A DNA stretch of 64,000 nucleotides from Octopus vulgaris (GCA_951406725.2 OX597828.1:40052001-40116000); one strand, 5' to 3'; shown: positions 12,107 to 24,984, numbered from the stretch's first letter. The notes: a model not told the origin generated them from the sequence alone. Made by a program: numbers and translations.

Positions 12107-14319
12107 TATAGTCCCTTGGCAGACTCAGTATGATTCTGTGGGACAATGATGAATTTTCAAATTACAGGTATCGACCATTCTACTTGTTTGCTTTGAACCA
12201 ATTTCACCAAAAAGGTTCGAGTCAACTCAATACTATGAAGATATTTGCTTTAGGTACTGTGTGGAGGGATTGAATCCAAGACCTCGAGGTCGAGTAGCAA
12301 ACAACTAACCACTCAGCCATGGAACTTAATTAGAGATAAAGTAACATTCTGTAACTGGTTGGCTGCTATATATTCTTAGAATCTTTGAGAGTATGTCACT
12401 CATCATGAGATCATCATGTAACACTAACTTTGGTGTGATATTGAAGACTGTACTTCATGATAATGAGAGAAGAAAAATGTGACTTTACAGCTGCAGCAGT
12501 GATAATCTTGATATGAAGCCTTCTTTTATGTCACTTGACTTGCTATAAACAGGAGCCAAATTCCCTCAAATTACAATACAGCATCTTAAAGGAAAGGACA
12601 CATTATGACAATCTAGCTCTAGGAACTACAAGATATTCACAGCTGGGATGCTTTTGCTCATGAAGTCTGCTCAATCAGGGTTGACCTTGGGCAAGTGTCT
12701 TCAACTACAGACCTCAAGCTGACCAATGCCTTGTGAGTGAATCTAGTAGATGGACACTGTGTAGAAGTCTGTAATATGTGTATGTGTGTGTTCCCCACCA
12801 CTACTTGACAAGTTGCATCGATTTGTTTAAGTCCCCATTAACTTAGCAGTTCAGTAAAAGAGACCAATGGAATAAGTACTACACTCAAAAATAAGTACTA
12901 GGTTCGATTTGTTTGACTAAATGCTTCAAGGTGGTGCTCCAGTATGGCTGTAGTACAATGACTGAAGCAAGTTGATAGAAAAAAAGAAAAAGAATTGTTT
13001 GACCTGTTAGAAATAGCAGCTACATTAAGCTCAAATCTTAAACAAGGCAAGGACATATTAGACAATGTACCTCCTACCCACCTATGAAAGAATGAAATTG
13101 TCATTGCTAGAATGCTTGTGGTCATTAGGTCAACACAATCAGGGTTAGCCTGGGGCTAAACGACAGCAACAACAACATATAAAACTTCTTGTCTTGATTC
13201 AACTCATTTTTATTTGGATTCTGAAATATTCTAGTGAATTTTCCTCTTAAATCCACATAACTTTTGTGAAGTCAAAAATATCAATGTTCCCCAAGGCCTC
13301 TTATTAAAAAGAAAATGAGGCAACTTTTGCGGCATTGTTTCGGAATAGTTTAAATAGTTTTAAATACTTCCAGTTTAGAACCAGATCAAATGGTAAACAG
13401 AATTTCAAGGTAACACTTGGGAATAGATTGCCGCACTAAAAAGAACCAACAAGCATTATTTGTTCTTGGGAAATAAGGGAATGTGCCAATTTATGATACA
13501 GCTATAAGGAATTGGCCTCACTATAATTCAAGAATGTGGTTGGTATACCAGTAGCTGAACTCAAAGAGATCTGTGGTATGTTGCTAGTGTAATGACATGA
13601 TGGTAGTTTGACACAATGAATAACAAGATGATAATGTAGTAGAATAGTAATAGAAAGGCAGTAGTGCACTATAATAGTGTAGCTTTACATCCAATAGTGA
13701 AAACCTGGGTTGCAAATTCCAGGGATTTGAAAAGTGTAGAATCACCTCTTACCCTCTATTGTTCCCAGTTCTACCCTGACATAGCTGTAACACTTATCAA
13801 GGTCCCAGCTAAGTGTTATTAGCATGTCATGGAATTATTTCAGCAAGAAGGTCACTTACAGACATGCCAAATGCCTCAAGACAGATAAGGCCCTTCAGCT
13901 GCTTATCTAAGAGAAGGTAGCTCCATACAAATCCTGCACCCTGGGAACTACTGGGCTTGTGGTACTTGTTGCATTAGACCGATACAAGTTTGAGGGACAA
14001 AAGAGTGGGACTGGTTTTACAAAAGCCATGCCCATTATATTAATATTCAAAGAGCAGGTTGTTCAGCAAATTAAGGCACCAGTACCAGCATCTTCGCACT
14101 TTCTTCATAAGTTCAGTGACAATAGGAAAAGGGACAATAGGGACAGGCAGAGAATGCTGCTGGAAATCTTCGGCTTTGATTCTACACAAAGGTGACCATA
14201 AGGTGATGGTCGCTTTCTACAGTCCTACAATGTGCAACTTTGTCTTACTGAACCTGTGTTCACCGAAGCAAGAGATTCCATCAATGAAATGGTGTGATAA
14301 TTCTTATTTTGTTATGTGA

Positions 14320-14740
14320 TGGTTGTGTAAAACATGATGGGACTGTAATGTAATGGCAGGATTGTAGTCTAGCATTATGTTAAGATGGTAGTATAATGCA
14401 ATGGTATGATGATAGTGGTATGTAATGACATAACACTAGTGTAAATTAAGGCCACAAAGGTAGAGTAGAGCAATGGAGAGATGGTAATGTAAATGTAATT
14501 ATATAAAAGTGTAAAATAATAGTATAAAAGCAGTGCAATATAATAGCATGGTGGTGGTGTAATATGATGGTATAATGGCAGTGTACTGTAATGGTATGAT
14601 GATTGGGTAATCTTATGATATGATGATAATGTAGTGTAACAACATGATTGCAGTATAATGGTATAATATTAGAGGACTAACAACATAACAATAGTGTACT
14701 GGTATGATGGTCATCTAATGTAATGGCATACAATGGTAGA
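14320..14740. repeat. Degenerate GT/AT-rich tandem repeat tract
   Basis: Recurrent ATGGTA.TGTAAT/TAGTGTA words; similar tract at about 13570-13700. Confidence 0.6.
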
Positions 14741-14944
14741 AGAGTCATGCTTTCTTCAAGCAACTGCAATCAAAATGCATTTAACCATGCTACACCAGGA
14801 ATCTCTGTCACCATTAGCTTTGGTAGATCTTCAATTTCATGTTGCAAGTATCTGCCAATAAAATTCAACAAAGTCATTGAATGGTTTTCATCCTCCATTA
14901 TTGTGCAGAAGTCTCCCAAAAATACAACGGGGCTTGTATGATGG

Positions 14945-15258
14945 TACTTATACTTATTCTATCAGTCTTCTTTGCCGAACCGCTAAGTTACGGGGACGCA
15001 AACACACCAGCATCGGTTGTAAAGCGATGTTGGGGGGGGGGGGGACAAACACAGACACACAAATGTGTACACACACACATATATGTATACATATATACGA
15101 CGGGCTTCCTTCAGTTTCCATCTACCAAATCCACTCACAAGACTTTGGTCGGCCCAAGGCTATAGTAGAAGACACTTGCCCAAGGTGCCACGCAGTGGGA
15201 CTGAACCCAGAACCATGTGGTTGGTAAGCAAGCTACTTACCACACAGCCACTCCTGCG
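14945..15258 (-). mobile_element. SINE family A (3'-truncated)
   Basis: Matches family A consensus. Confidence 0.88.
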
Positions 15259-15579
15259 CAACTCTTTAGTTCACTTGTGTGATATAAGTTGAATCTCTCT
15301 CTTTTTTATTAATTGCATGGCCTTGGAATAACTTTTTGGAGTTATTACTTTATTTGACCAAGAATCCTGTGTTTTTCAACTGTCTGTGCAATCTCCTGTG
15401 ATGTGTTGGTGGCCACTGACATCTGAAGAACCAGAACAAAACCTGATGTCATAACCTCTCAACACTGGATGATCCCATGGAGTTTCATCTTTATCAAATC
15501 ACATCTATATTGGTTAGTTTTAAGCTTCACATATGACATTGTTATTGAAACATGAAGTAAATGAATGCAAAATACAATA

Positions 15580-15905
15580 AAAGACCTCACTTTGGTCATG
15601 AATGACCATGGGATTGCACCTAAAAAAGTTGCCCTCTGAGGCACAAGTCCAGGCAAGCTTGTTTATGGAAGATTGGCAGCCACCCATGCATGTCAGCCTT
15701 CCTTCTCCATGCCACTGATGATACCCAAGAGAAAGGTAAAGGCCAATACAGCTTGGCACCAGTGACATCTTAACTCATTTCTACAGCTGAGTGAACAGGA
15801 TCAATGTGAAATAAAGTGTCTTGCTCAAGAACACAACACACAGCTCAGTCCAGGAATTGAAATCAGTACCCCATGATTGTGAGCCAAGTGCTCTAACCGC
15901 TGAGC
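15580..15905 (-). mobile_element. SINE family D
   Basis: Matches copies at 9161, 33336, 52260 and 55038. Confidence 0.85.
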
Positions 15906-16605
15906 TATATTTTGTGTAATATAAGAGAAATGAGTAAAAATTATTTGATATGTGTCACAATGCCTTTTTTTCTTTTTTAAGTGCTCGCGTCCACTTACTT
16001 TAGAATCTGTCTACACTACAAGACCATCGATGACCTGGGGCTAAACAACACCAACAACAGTGATAGTTGGCAGGACAGTATAACATGATCTCTAAATGTG
16101 AGTACAGTTCTTTAAATAGAGGAAGTTTATTTAGTGTGTAACAAGAAGATAGAGCAATATTGGTGGGTTACCAACAGAATAGCAGAGGGAGGTGACAGTA
16201 CATGAATTGTGTGTGTGTGTGTGTGTATGCATGAGGAAGTGCATGTGTGTGAGAGAACATGTGTATTCTTAATACGTTTATGAACATTTCTGAAATGCTA
16301 TCTTCCACGCGCGTGTGTGTGTGTGTGTACATGTTGGCTTATATGCTTAAGTGTACCAGCCTATGCAAGTGCAAGAGTCCTCTCTTTTTCTCATACAAAA
16401 ATGATCATCATCATCATCATTGTCATCATCATTGTCATCACCATCATCACAGTCAGCAGCAGGCAAATATATGCTGAGGAATTTATGTTGGCAATAAGAG
16501 CAGATGGAAGCAAACCTACTGATATTTGATGATATTTCCAACAAGAAACAACTACTATAAGAAACTCAACTGTCAACTTGTTACAGGTGACGACCTTTAC
16601 ACACT

Positions 16606-16666
<61 letters not shown>

Positions 16667-17575
16667 GAGACAGGGGTGTGTTTAACAGGTAACAACATAT
16701 TTGGAGGTTGCAATTTGCAATCTTTATAAAAGTACACGAAACAGATTGACATATCCCACCACCACCACAAGCATCACCATCTTCATCACCATGACCATCA
16801 CCACCAACACTAGCTCCACTTCCATCACTATTCTTGTTTAATACGGAAGCCAGCTGCCGTTGGAAGAGATTCATAACATATTGGTATTAGTAGAACAGGT
16901 GGCATTTTGCTTTGTACCTGTCCTTTCACCACACCCTACTATCTTTCGGTTACATTACATCAAATATTGAATCACTGAGAGGACTGATACGTAAGTCACA
17001 AATCCTGCTAAAAATAGCCCAAAAAACTCCCTCAAATCATATTCCATCACCTTAAAAAGTGGGGGCAGAACACATGAGAATATATATATAATAGACTAGA
17101 TTGTAAAAGTTATAGCATCTTAGATCAAGAGGTCTACTCGATCAGAACTGACTCGGGGCTAAACAGTAATATTATTACAAACATCTCAATATAATGTAAC
17201 ATATAATGTAATTATTAAATGAGTTATGCCCCCTGTATCACCACCACCACCATCATTATCAGCAGCAGCAAGTTGCACAGTAACTTCAATTACTTTGCAA
17301 CTTATGGATGGTATTTACACACGCACAGGTTACGCCTATCATCACCATTACTTCAGTCTCATTGTTGAATTAAATTTTCTATAGTTGGGTGCTCTTTCTG
17401 TTGCTAACCCTTACTGGTTTCCAAACAATTTCCTTGTGATGTGAAGACATGACACACACGCGTGCACACACACACACACACAATTTTTGTCTACCAAATT
17501 CACTCATAAGTTTTTGTACAATGAAACCACATGGTTATGAAGCAGATTCTTAACCAAACAGCCATGCCTAAGCCT

Positions 17576-17768
17576 ATATCTATCTATCTATCTATCTATC
17601 TATCAGATAGATAGAGAGATAGACAGATAGATAGATAAATAGATAGATAGATATACAAATAGATAGATAGATAGATAGATAGGTAGACAAGTAGATAGAC
17701 AGACAGAGAGACAGATAACTAGACAGACAGACAGATAAATAGACAGACAGACAGATAAATAGACAGAC

Positions 17769-17813
<45 letters not shown>

Positions 17814-17942
17814 CATACATACATACATACAAACATACATACATAGACAAATGGATAAATAGATAGACAAAGAGATAGATAGACAAATAGACAGACCGAT
17901 TTACAAAGATAAATAGACAAACAGACAGACAGACAGATACAT
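17576..17942. repeat. (TATC)n/(TAGA/CAGA/TACA)n tetranucleotide microsatellite
   Basis: Direct reading; explains the SIYL-repeat ORFs. Confidence 0.95.
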
Positions 17943-18036
17943 AAATAGAGTTTACTTTTCTATTCAGATAGATCAACAAAAAAAAATACTCCATCCAGGG
18001 AGATAAATATCATTTAATGTATACAGTATAAAGAAA

Positions 18037-18150
18037 CAAGCTACGAATAGTTTCATGCATTGGTGACATGAGTCTAAGCAGGTGTCTCCAAGCAATATTC
18101 AGGCTCTGAGCTCAGAGCCTGAAGACTGCTTAGAGACACAAGGCATGTTT
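18037..18150. ncRNA. Head-to-head inverted hammerhead-like relic with loopless palindrome
   Basis: Minus: GAGC-CUGAAUA..GAAAC-UAUUC-GUA-GCUU; plus arm carries GAGC-CUGAAGA; palindrome 18082-18139 centred at 18110/18111. Confidence 0.5.
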
Positions 18151-18670
18151 TCATATTTCATATATATATATATATATATATAATTAAATAAGGGTAGAAA
18201 TTGATATTAATCAATTAAAACCAGTGGCCTAGCATATTTAAAAAAATCTGAAGATTAAAAATTTTTTTACATACAAAATTTAGAGGAATGACCACTAAAA
18301 GTGGACAGCCTGTATGCTAGATATAGACGTCAAAATCGCCATTTTCCACGAAGAATGTGTTTTCAAGAAAAAATTCAGCAAAAAACCAAAGTGTAAAAAT
18401 AAGCAAGACAAATGAAGATATACGAAATAAAAATTAGGGAATGAGGATGTTTCAGAGAGGATGAGATGTTCTTTGTTATTTTGAATCTATATGTGTGTGA
18501 GTGTGTGAATTGCATATATACATGTGCCAATGGCACGTAAAAAGCTTCTATCACACTCAGTAAAGTGGTTGGCATTAGGGAGGGCATCTAACCATAGAAA
18601 CTATGCCACAAAAGAGAATTGAAGTTTGCACAGATCCATGTCAAACTGTCCAACCTATGCCAGCATGGAA

Positions 18671-19051
18671 GCACTCCGTCGGTTACAACGACGAGGGTTC
18701 CGGTTGATCCAATCAATGGAACAGCCTGCTCGTGAAATTAACGTGTAAGTGGCTGAGCACTCCACAGACACGGGCACCCTTAACGTAGTTCTCGGGGATA
18801 TTCAGCGTGACACAGAGAGTGACAAGGCCTGCCCTTTGAAATACAGGTACAACAGAAACAGGAAGTAAGAGTGAGAGAAAGTTGTGGTGAAAGAGTACAG
18901 CAGGGATCACCACCATCCCCTGCCGGAGCCTCGTGGAGCTTTAGGTGTTTTCGCTCAATAAACACTCACAACGCCTGGTCTGGGAATCGAAACTGCGATC
19001 CTACGACCGCGAGTCCGCTGCCCTAACCACTGGGGCATTGCGCCTCCACTG
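18671..19051 (-). mobile_element. tRNA-derived SINE family E, CpG-rich, nested in a family C copy
   Basis: Head GGAGGCGCAATG.CCCAGTGGTTAGGG..GTTTCGATTCCC; 15-bp TSD TATGCCAGCATRGAA at 18656-18670 and 19052-19066. Confidence 0.88.
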
Positions 19052-19096
19052 TATGCCAGCATAGAAAGCAAGCATTAAACGATGATGAAGATATAT

Positions 19097-19305
19097 ATTC
19101 TTTTATTTGTTTCAGCCATTTGACTGCGGCCATGCTGGAGCACCACCCTAAGTCGAGCAATCAATTCCAGGATTTATTCTTTGTAAGCCCAGTACTTATT
19201 CTATTAGACTCTTTTGCCGAACTGCTAAGTTATGGGGACGTAAGCACACCAGCATCAGTTGTCAAGCAATGTTGGTGGGGACTAACACTAACACATACAC
19301 ACACA

Positions 19306-19347
<42 letters not shown>

Positions 19348-19530
19348 ATGGGCTTCTTTCAGTTTCCGTCTACCAAATCCACTCACAAGGCTTTGGTCAG
19401 CCTGAGGCTATAGTAGATGACACTTGTTCAAGGTGCCATGCAGTGGAACTGAACCCAGAACCATGTGGTCGGTAAGCAAGCTACTTACCACACAGCCATT
19501 GCTGTGCCTATAAGCCACTCCTGCACCTAT
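19097..19530 (-). mobile_element. SINE family A
   Basis: Matches consensus, internal (CA)n. Confidence 0.88.
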
Positions 19531-20489
19531 GTATAGTTTTTACATCTGCTTTTCCATGCTGGCATGGGTTAGATGAGACACCTGCTTATGATATGATGGG
19601 AATTATTTTCAGGTAGTTGCAATCACCACTACTATTATCTTCAATGTCTAGAATGCCCATCCTTTTCCTATTGGTATAGATTGTACAAGCCTGAAATATA
19701 ACCATCTTCTATCAAATCTCTTCAATCACATATCAATCAATAATACTCAGTATGAGTGGTGGTCCTAGTCCATTGCCCAATTTACCACTACCATATCTGC
19801 TCAATCAAGGCTGACCCAGGGTTAAAAAAAGCAAAAAGTAAATTGTATTACTATTAAATACAAAAAAAGTCAACTTAATGAATAACCATTGAGTGTGAGA
19901 GGAAAATTACTTAATTGTAAAAAACAAGTTCTCCTTTACACCATGCAATTATCTAAATTTGTAGAGCAATCCAACCCATGCAAGCATGGAAGACCATATA
20001 GGTACTAACTAGACACCTATGTATATGTATGTAGACTTATCTCTTATTATTTATGTTTCAGTCAAGTGGACTGTGGCCATACTGGGACATCGCCTTGAAG
20101 AATTTTAGTCAAATAAGTCAGCCCCAGTACTTCTTTTAAAGTCTGGAACTAATTCTAAAGGTCTCTTTTTTGCCAAAGCACTAAGTTATAGGGATGTAAA
20201 CAAACCAACCCCAGTTGTCAAGCAGTGATGGGGACAATCACACACACGCAATTGGGTTCTTTCAGTTTGTCTAAACAGGGGCCATAAAAAAGACTGACAT
20301 CTGCCCAAGGTGCCATCCTATGGGACTGAACCCAAGACCGCTTCGTTAGAAAGTAAGCTTCTTACCAACACAGTCATACACGTGCTTATGGAAAGATTTA
20401 AAATATGTTTGTTACCATGACTAGGGGAACTGTGGTCAAAAATAACATGTCAGTAAGAAAATAATAATAAACTAGTGTCTTATAATCTT

Positions 20490-21165
20490 TCATTCTTTTA
20501 CATGGTTTAGTCATTTGACTGTGGCCATACTGGAACACCACCTTAAAGGGTTTTAGTTGAACAAATCGACCATAAAACTTATTCTACTTCTATCAGTCTG
20601 TTTTGCCAAACTGCAAAGTTACGGGGACATAAACAAACCAACATCAGTTGTCAAGCAATCGTAGGAGGGGGACAAACACAAATACACATATATATACATA
20701 TTTTGGATTTATATATACAAGTAGTGAGGATTTAATTTCCTCTTAAGGGATTACTTAAAACAATCCGACTAAATGTGTTTTTTTTACATCTAAAATAGCT
20801 CGAATGCTGATAATTCAAACCTAAAGCCAGATTGAAACATATGTAGGATTTTTGGGGTTATTTCTTTTGTTGGTCAGGTTCCCTTATATCCTGAATCTCT
20901 TATATGTATTACTTGCTCATAGTGATATTAATAAATTTAACAAAGTATCCACCTCATACTTTTTCTTCTCCATTTACTTTTATTATCTTTATATATCAAT
21001 ACAACAGGCTTCCTTCGGTTTCCATCTACCAAATCCACTCGCAAGGCTTTGGTAAGCCCGGGACTATTGTAGAAGACGCTTACCCAAGGTGCCACACAAT
21101 GGGACTGAACCTGGAACCATATGGTTGGGAAGTAGCTTCTTACCACACAGCCATGCTTGTGCCTA
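20490..21165 (-). mobile_element. SINE family A with a roughly 290-bp AT-rich insert (about 20705-20995) in its microsatellite
   Basis: The two halves of family A flank an unrelated segment containing a hammerhead-like motif. Confidence 0.75.
20802..20850 (+). ncRNA. Degenerate minimal hammerhead ribozyme motif
   Basis: CUGAUAA (20807-20813) ..20 nt.. GAAAC-AUAU-GUA (20834-20845) with palindromic ACAUAUGU stem III. Confidence 0.45.
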
Positions 21166-21669
21166 TGTTTATTGTTCTTACAAAACCCTGAAGAGTAAAA
21201 AGGATACACAGACACCCACCCATCCAACCCATTTTAGAAACAAGGTCAGTTGCATGAAAGAGAGAGAGACAGACAGACAGACAGAGACAGAGAGTGTGTG
21301 AAAAAGACAGAGAGAATGTTTCAATTTTTTTTTAAAAAGAACACTTCTCAAGTTACTTAAAAGCATGGATTATGGTGTTTTAAACCTATTACTGCCCTCA
21401 ATGCTATGACCAACAATAAACCCTCATCAGTAGGACCATCAGCTTGACCTCTAACAGTACCATCAGTACCAATAAGCAACCAGTACCACTAGTGCTACTA
21501 AGACCACCATCACCAACACCAACACCACTTCTAGTGCCAACATCCACCACACTTTTTGGCAGATTTTTAGGAAACCAAATTTGATATTCCATTTTCCTTT
21601 CTTTGAAAAAGAAAAAGCAAAAAAAAAAAAAAGACCCTAACATTTTCATCACTCCCTTACTATTTGTGG

Positions 21670-21746
21670 TGTGTGTGTGTGTGTGTGTGCGTGTTTGTGC
21701 ACATGTGTGTGTGTGTATGCAAGTAACATTGTGGGTGTGCATGAGG

Positions 21747-21782
<36 letters not shown>

Positions 21783-22654
21783 CGGGGTGGGGGGCAGTGA
21801 GGGAGAGTGAAGAGGAAGGAGGGAAAATCAAAACATTGGCTAACAGGGAATTAGTAAAGTTTAATTAGAATAACTTCTATTTGTGTAACCTCCTCACCAC
21901 CCTGAAGCACCCTCGTTTTTCTTTCTCTTCTTTCCTCTTTCTTTCTTTGCCTTTCTCTATCTCTCTCTCTCTCTCTCTCTCCTTCCCTTTCATTTTTCTA
22001 TATTGATTAACAAGGGAGCAACAACACAAAACTACTACTACTACTACTACCACCACCACCACCACCACAATAATGAAGATAATACTTCAACTATTACTAC
22101 CACCACCACTTCTACTTAATAATAATAATAATAATAATAATAATTTAATTTGGTTTTAGTAAGGATTTCTGTATATAAAGAAAAAGAACAAAAAAAACAC
22201 AAAAATCACCCCCACCCCAACCACCACTCTCAGCTTCACTCACACCACCGTTGTCATCATCATCATCATCGTCATCACTATCACCATTTTCAACAGCTCG
22301 CTCCTCTCATTCCCTATTATCATCACACTTGCACACACACACACACACACACACACTCATCATCTCTCCCTCCTCCACCTTCCACCATCTCACCACTGCT
22401 TCTAAGTATCACCAGTTCCCCCGCCCCCCCTCACTGCCATTCCCACCATCATGAACACCATCCCACCACCACCACCGCCAACAACAACAACAACACTACC
22501 ATCATCATCATCATCATCATCATTATTATTATCACCACGACCACCACCACCACCACCACCACCACTACCACCCTAGCCGTACACACATTTGCCAGACAGA
22601 TCCAGCTGTTACTTTGCTGTTCCTCTCTAGCAACCAACAACAATGGTGCTGAAA

Positions 22655-22693
<39 letters not shown>

Positions 22694-22780
22694 CAGACAG
22701 AGAGAGACAGGGAGAGAGAGACAGAGAGGCAGAGAGATGAGAGAGAGATGAGAGGTGAGAGAGAGACAGAGAGAGATTCT
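21670..22780. repeat. Dense cluster of GT, GA, CTA, CAC, CAT and AAT microsatellites
   Basis: Direct reading; no SINE recognised between about 21170 and 23380. Confidence 0.9.
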
Positions 22781-23157
22781 AAAGAGCTTCTTCCTCTTTC
22801 TCCCTTCATGTAAGGAGAAGTGTTCAGTTTAACTGTCATATATGAAAGTCATGGTGGAGCTGAGTGGCACTAGGTGACACACGGGTGTGGGGGTGGGGGT
22901 GGGGGGTATGGAATAGATTGAAGAGTCAGGGTGAAAGGCAGCAATATAAGAAGAACAAAGTAAAAATTAAAACAGAAAAAGAAGAAAAAAAAACAGTAAA
23001 GAAGGGTAAAAGAAAAAAAACAACAAAAAAAAAACTAGGAAAGCTTCCATGCCAGTCAGTAGATATGATGGTGATGATGGAGATGATGGTGGTGAGGTAG
23101 AATAAAGGTGAACACATCACCAACATCACTTCTTTCTCTTCTCTTTCTCTTTCACAG

Positions 23158-23175
23158 CCAACAGTGAAAATATTG
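23158..23175 (+). CDS. Candidate 18-nt microexon of an unidentified gene
   Basis: CTTCTTTCTCTTCTCTTTCTCTTTCACAG|CCAACAGTGAAAATATTG|GTGAGT; frame-preserving, open as PTVKIL or xNSENIx. Confidence 0.35.
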
Positions 23176-24199
23176 GTGAGTCATAAAACAAGGGCTGTTT
23201 ATGATACCATTCAGAGAAAACAAAATAGTCCTTAAGGGGCAGGAGGGGGACAGAGAAGAGATGAGGGGAGGAAAATTACTAGATATTTCTAATAAACTAT
23301 CATCACCAACAACTACCAATATTACCACCACCACCAACACCACCACCATCATACTTCCCTACTATGCAGCCACTGAGGGGGAGCCTTCACATGATCACTC
23401 AAAATGCAAGAAATAGCAGCCAAGTCTCCGTCCATTAGCACACCCTAACATATTGTACACATCTGATGGATAAAGTAACGAGAAGGGACGACGAGGTGTT
23501 TACACATCGACATTGAACTTGAAAGAAATAGCAGCCAAATCTAAACTAAAGAAAGGAGGGAGGGCACATCTGAGAAAGTAAGTCTAAGGCAGCAAACAAG
23601 GGATTGCACTATTTCTAAAAATATCTGTACCACTAGGGCACTGACTTGTAGGTAAACAAAACCAACCACTACTAACCGCCTCCTCGCCCCCCTCCCACCC
23701 TTCTACCACATCATAATTTCTATTTAACAGTTTAGAACCAACAACAGAAAGTAGATAAATATAATATAGAGGGTGGGGGGGGAGTCAAGCACATAAATGG
23801 GTGAAGTGTGTCTACTGATTACTAGAGAAAGTAAACAACTCAGTGTACAGCCAGCCCCTTCTCCTGAAGCCAGTCAAATCTTTGACCTGGTTAGAATCAA
23901 TTCTTTTTAATTATATCACTATTGATAACAGGTAGAGACAGTTGACATCTCTCAATTACATCCGAACAATTGATAGTCATATGGAGAGTGTTAATACCTT
24001 TCAATTGCATTCAACATTTTATAAGAATAAAAAAACAAAACTGAACTGCTGCAATAAGAAGGACATTAACAGCTGGGGTATTCTTAGCAGAAACACAGCC
24101 CAAGCAAATTCAAAAATCCATTCATGTCCATGGGGAGAGCCTTAATGTCACCACACAGTCTGATTCTATTTACTCCTCATTGTAAATCTATTGAGGTAT

Positions 24200-24242
24200 C
24201 ACTGAAGCAATATAAAACTCCACTGAAGCAATATAAAACTCC
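24200..24242. repeat. 21-bp tandem duplication
   Basis: CACTGAAGCAATATAAAACTC x2. Confidence 0.9.
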
Positions 24243-24616
24243 CTAAAGTGAAATCTGAAGCTGTTTCATAGAAGCAAACCTGTGACTTCTTCACAAATTC
24301 AGTGGCTGAGAAACTTCTGTAGCAAGGGCACTGAATTTTTCAAGTAGACTTGTAGGAAGCTCTTGTATAGAAAAGAAGTTGGAGGAAGGATGTCCCAAAT
24401 GACCCATAACTGATTACATTACCCAGTAAGATTCTTTTTTTCTTTTTCAAATTTTAATTTCATTTTGTTTTCTTGACCACTCTGTTGCTTGTGCTTTTGG
24501 TGAAAGGTTTTAATTTAGGCCACGTTAAAACAGGAAGTTTGTATCATAGACCCAGAAACAGTCTAGGTTAGGTTGGGATCAAAAGGATTAAGAAATAATA
24601 ATAATTATTATTATTA

Positions 24617-24763
24617 TAGGCGCAGGAGTGGCTGTGTGATAAGTAGCTTGCTTACCAACCACATGGTTCCGGGTTCAGTCCCACTGCATGGCGCTATACC
24701 CTCGGGCCGACCAAAGCCTTGTGAGTGGATTTGGTAGACGGAAACTGAAAGAAGCCCGTTGTG

Positions 24764-24800
<37 letters not shown>

Positions 24801-24966
24801 TTGTCCCCGCCAACATCACTTGACAACCGATGATGTTTATGGTTCAGCAAGAGAGACCGATAGAATAAGTACTAGGCTTACAAAGAATAAGTCCTGGGGT
24901 CGATTTGCTCGACTAAAGGCGGTGCTCCAGCATGGCCACAGTCAAATGACTGAAACAAATAAAAGA
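24617..24966 (+). mobile_element. SINE family A
   Basis: Matches consensus with small internal deletions. Confidence 0.88.
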
Positions 24967-24984
24967 ATTATTGTAGCAAACTTT

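Larger units (their letters stand above)
14150..15530 (-). pseudogene. Highly decayed LINE apurinic-type endonuclease domain, interrupted by a SINE and a low-complexity tract
   Basis: Minus-strand motifs in the expected order across frameshifts: LTNIDV..DETPW..GYDIRFCSG (about 15520-15425), GFLVK (about 15365), ITQV (about 15275), VVFLGDF (about 14915), SDHHL (about 14205). Confidence 0.6.

Noticed and set aside
13959-14319. Two plus-strand ORFs with natural-looking composition
   Set aside because: No recognisable domain; the opposite strand carries the SDHHL endonuclease remnant
21404-21742. Minus-strand ORF containing MEYQIWFPKNLPK
   Set aside because: Low-complexity flanks, no convincing donor site and no recognised homology
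22150-22740. 196-aa His/Thr/Glu-Arg-rich ORF
   Set aside because: Concatenated microsatellites
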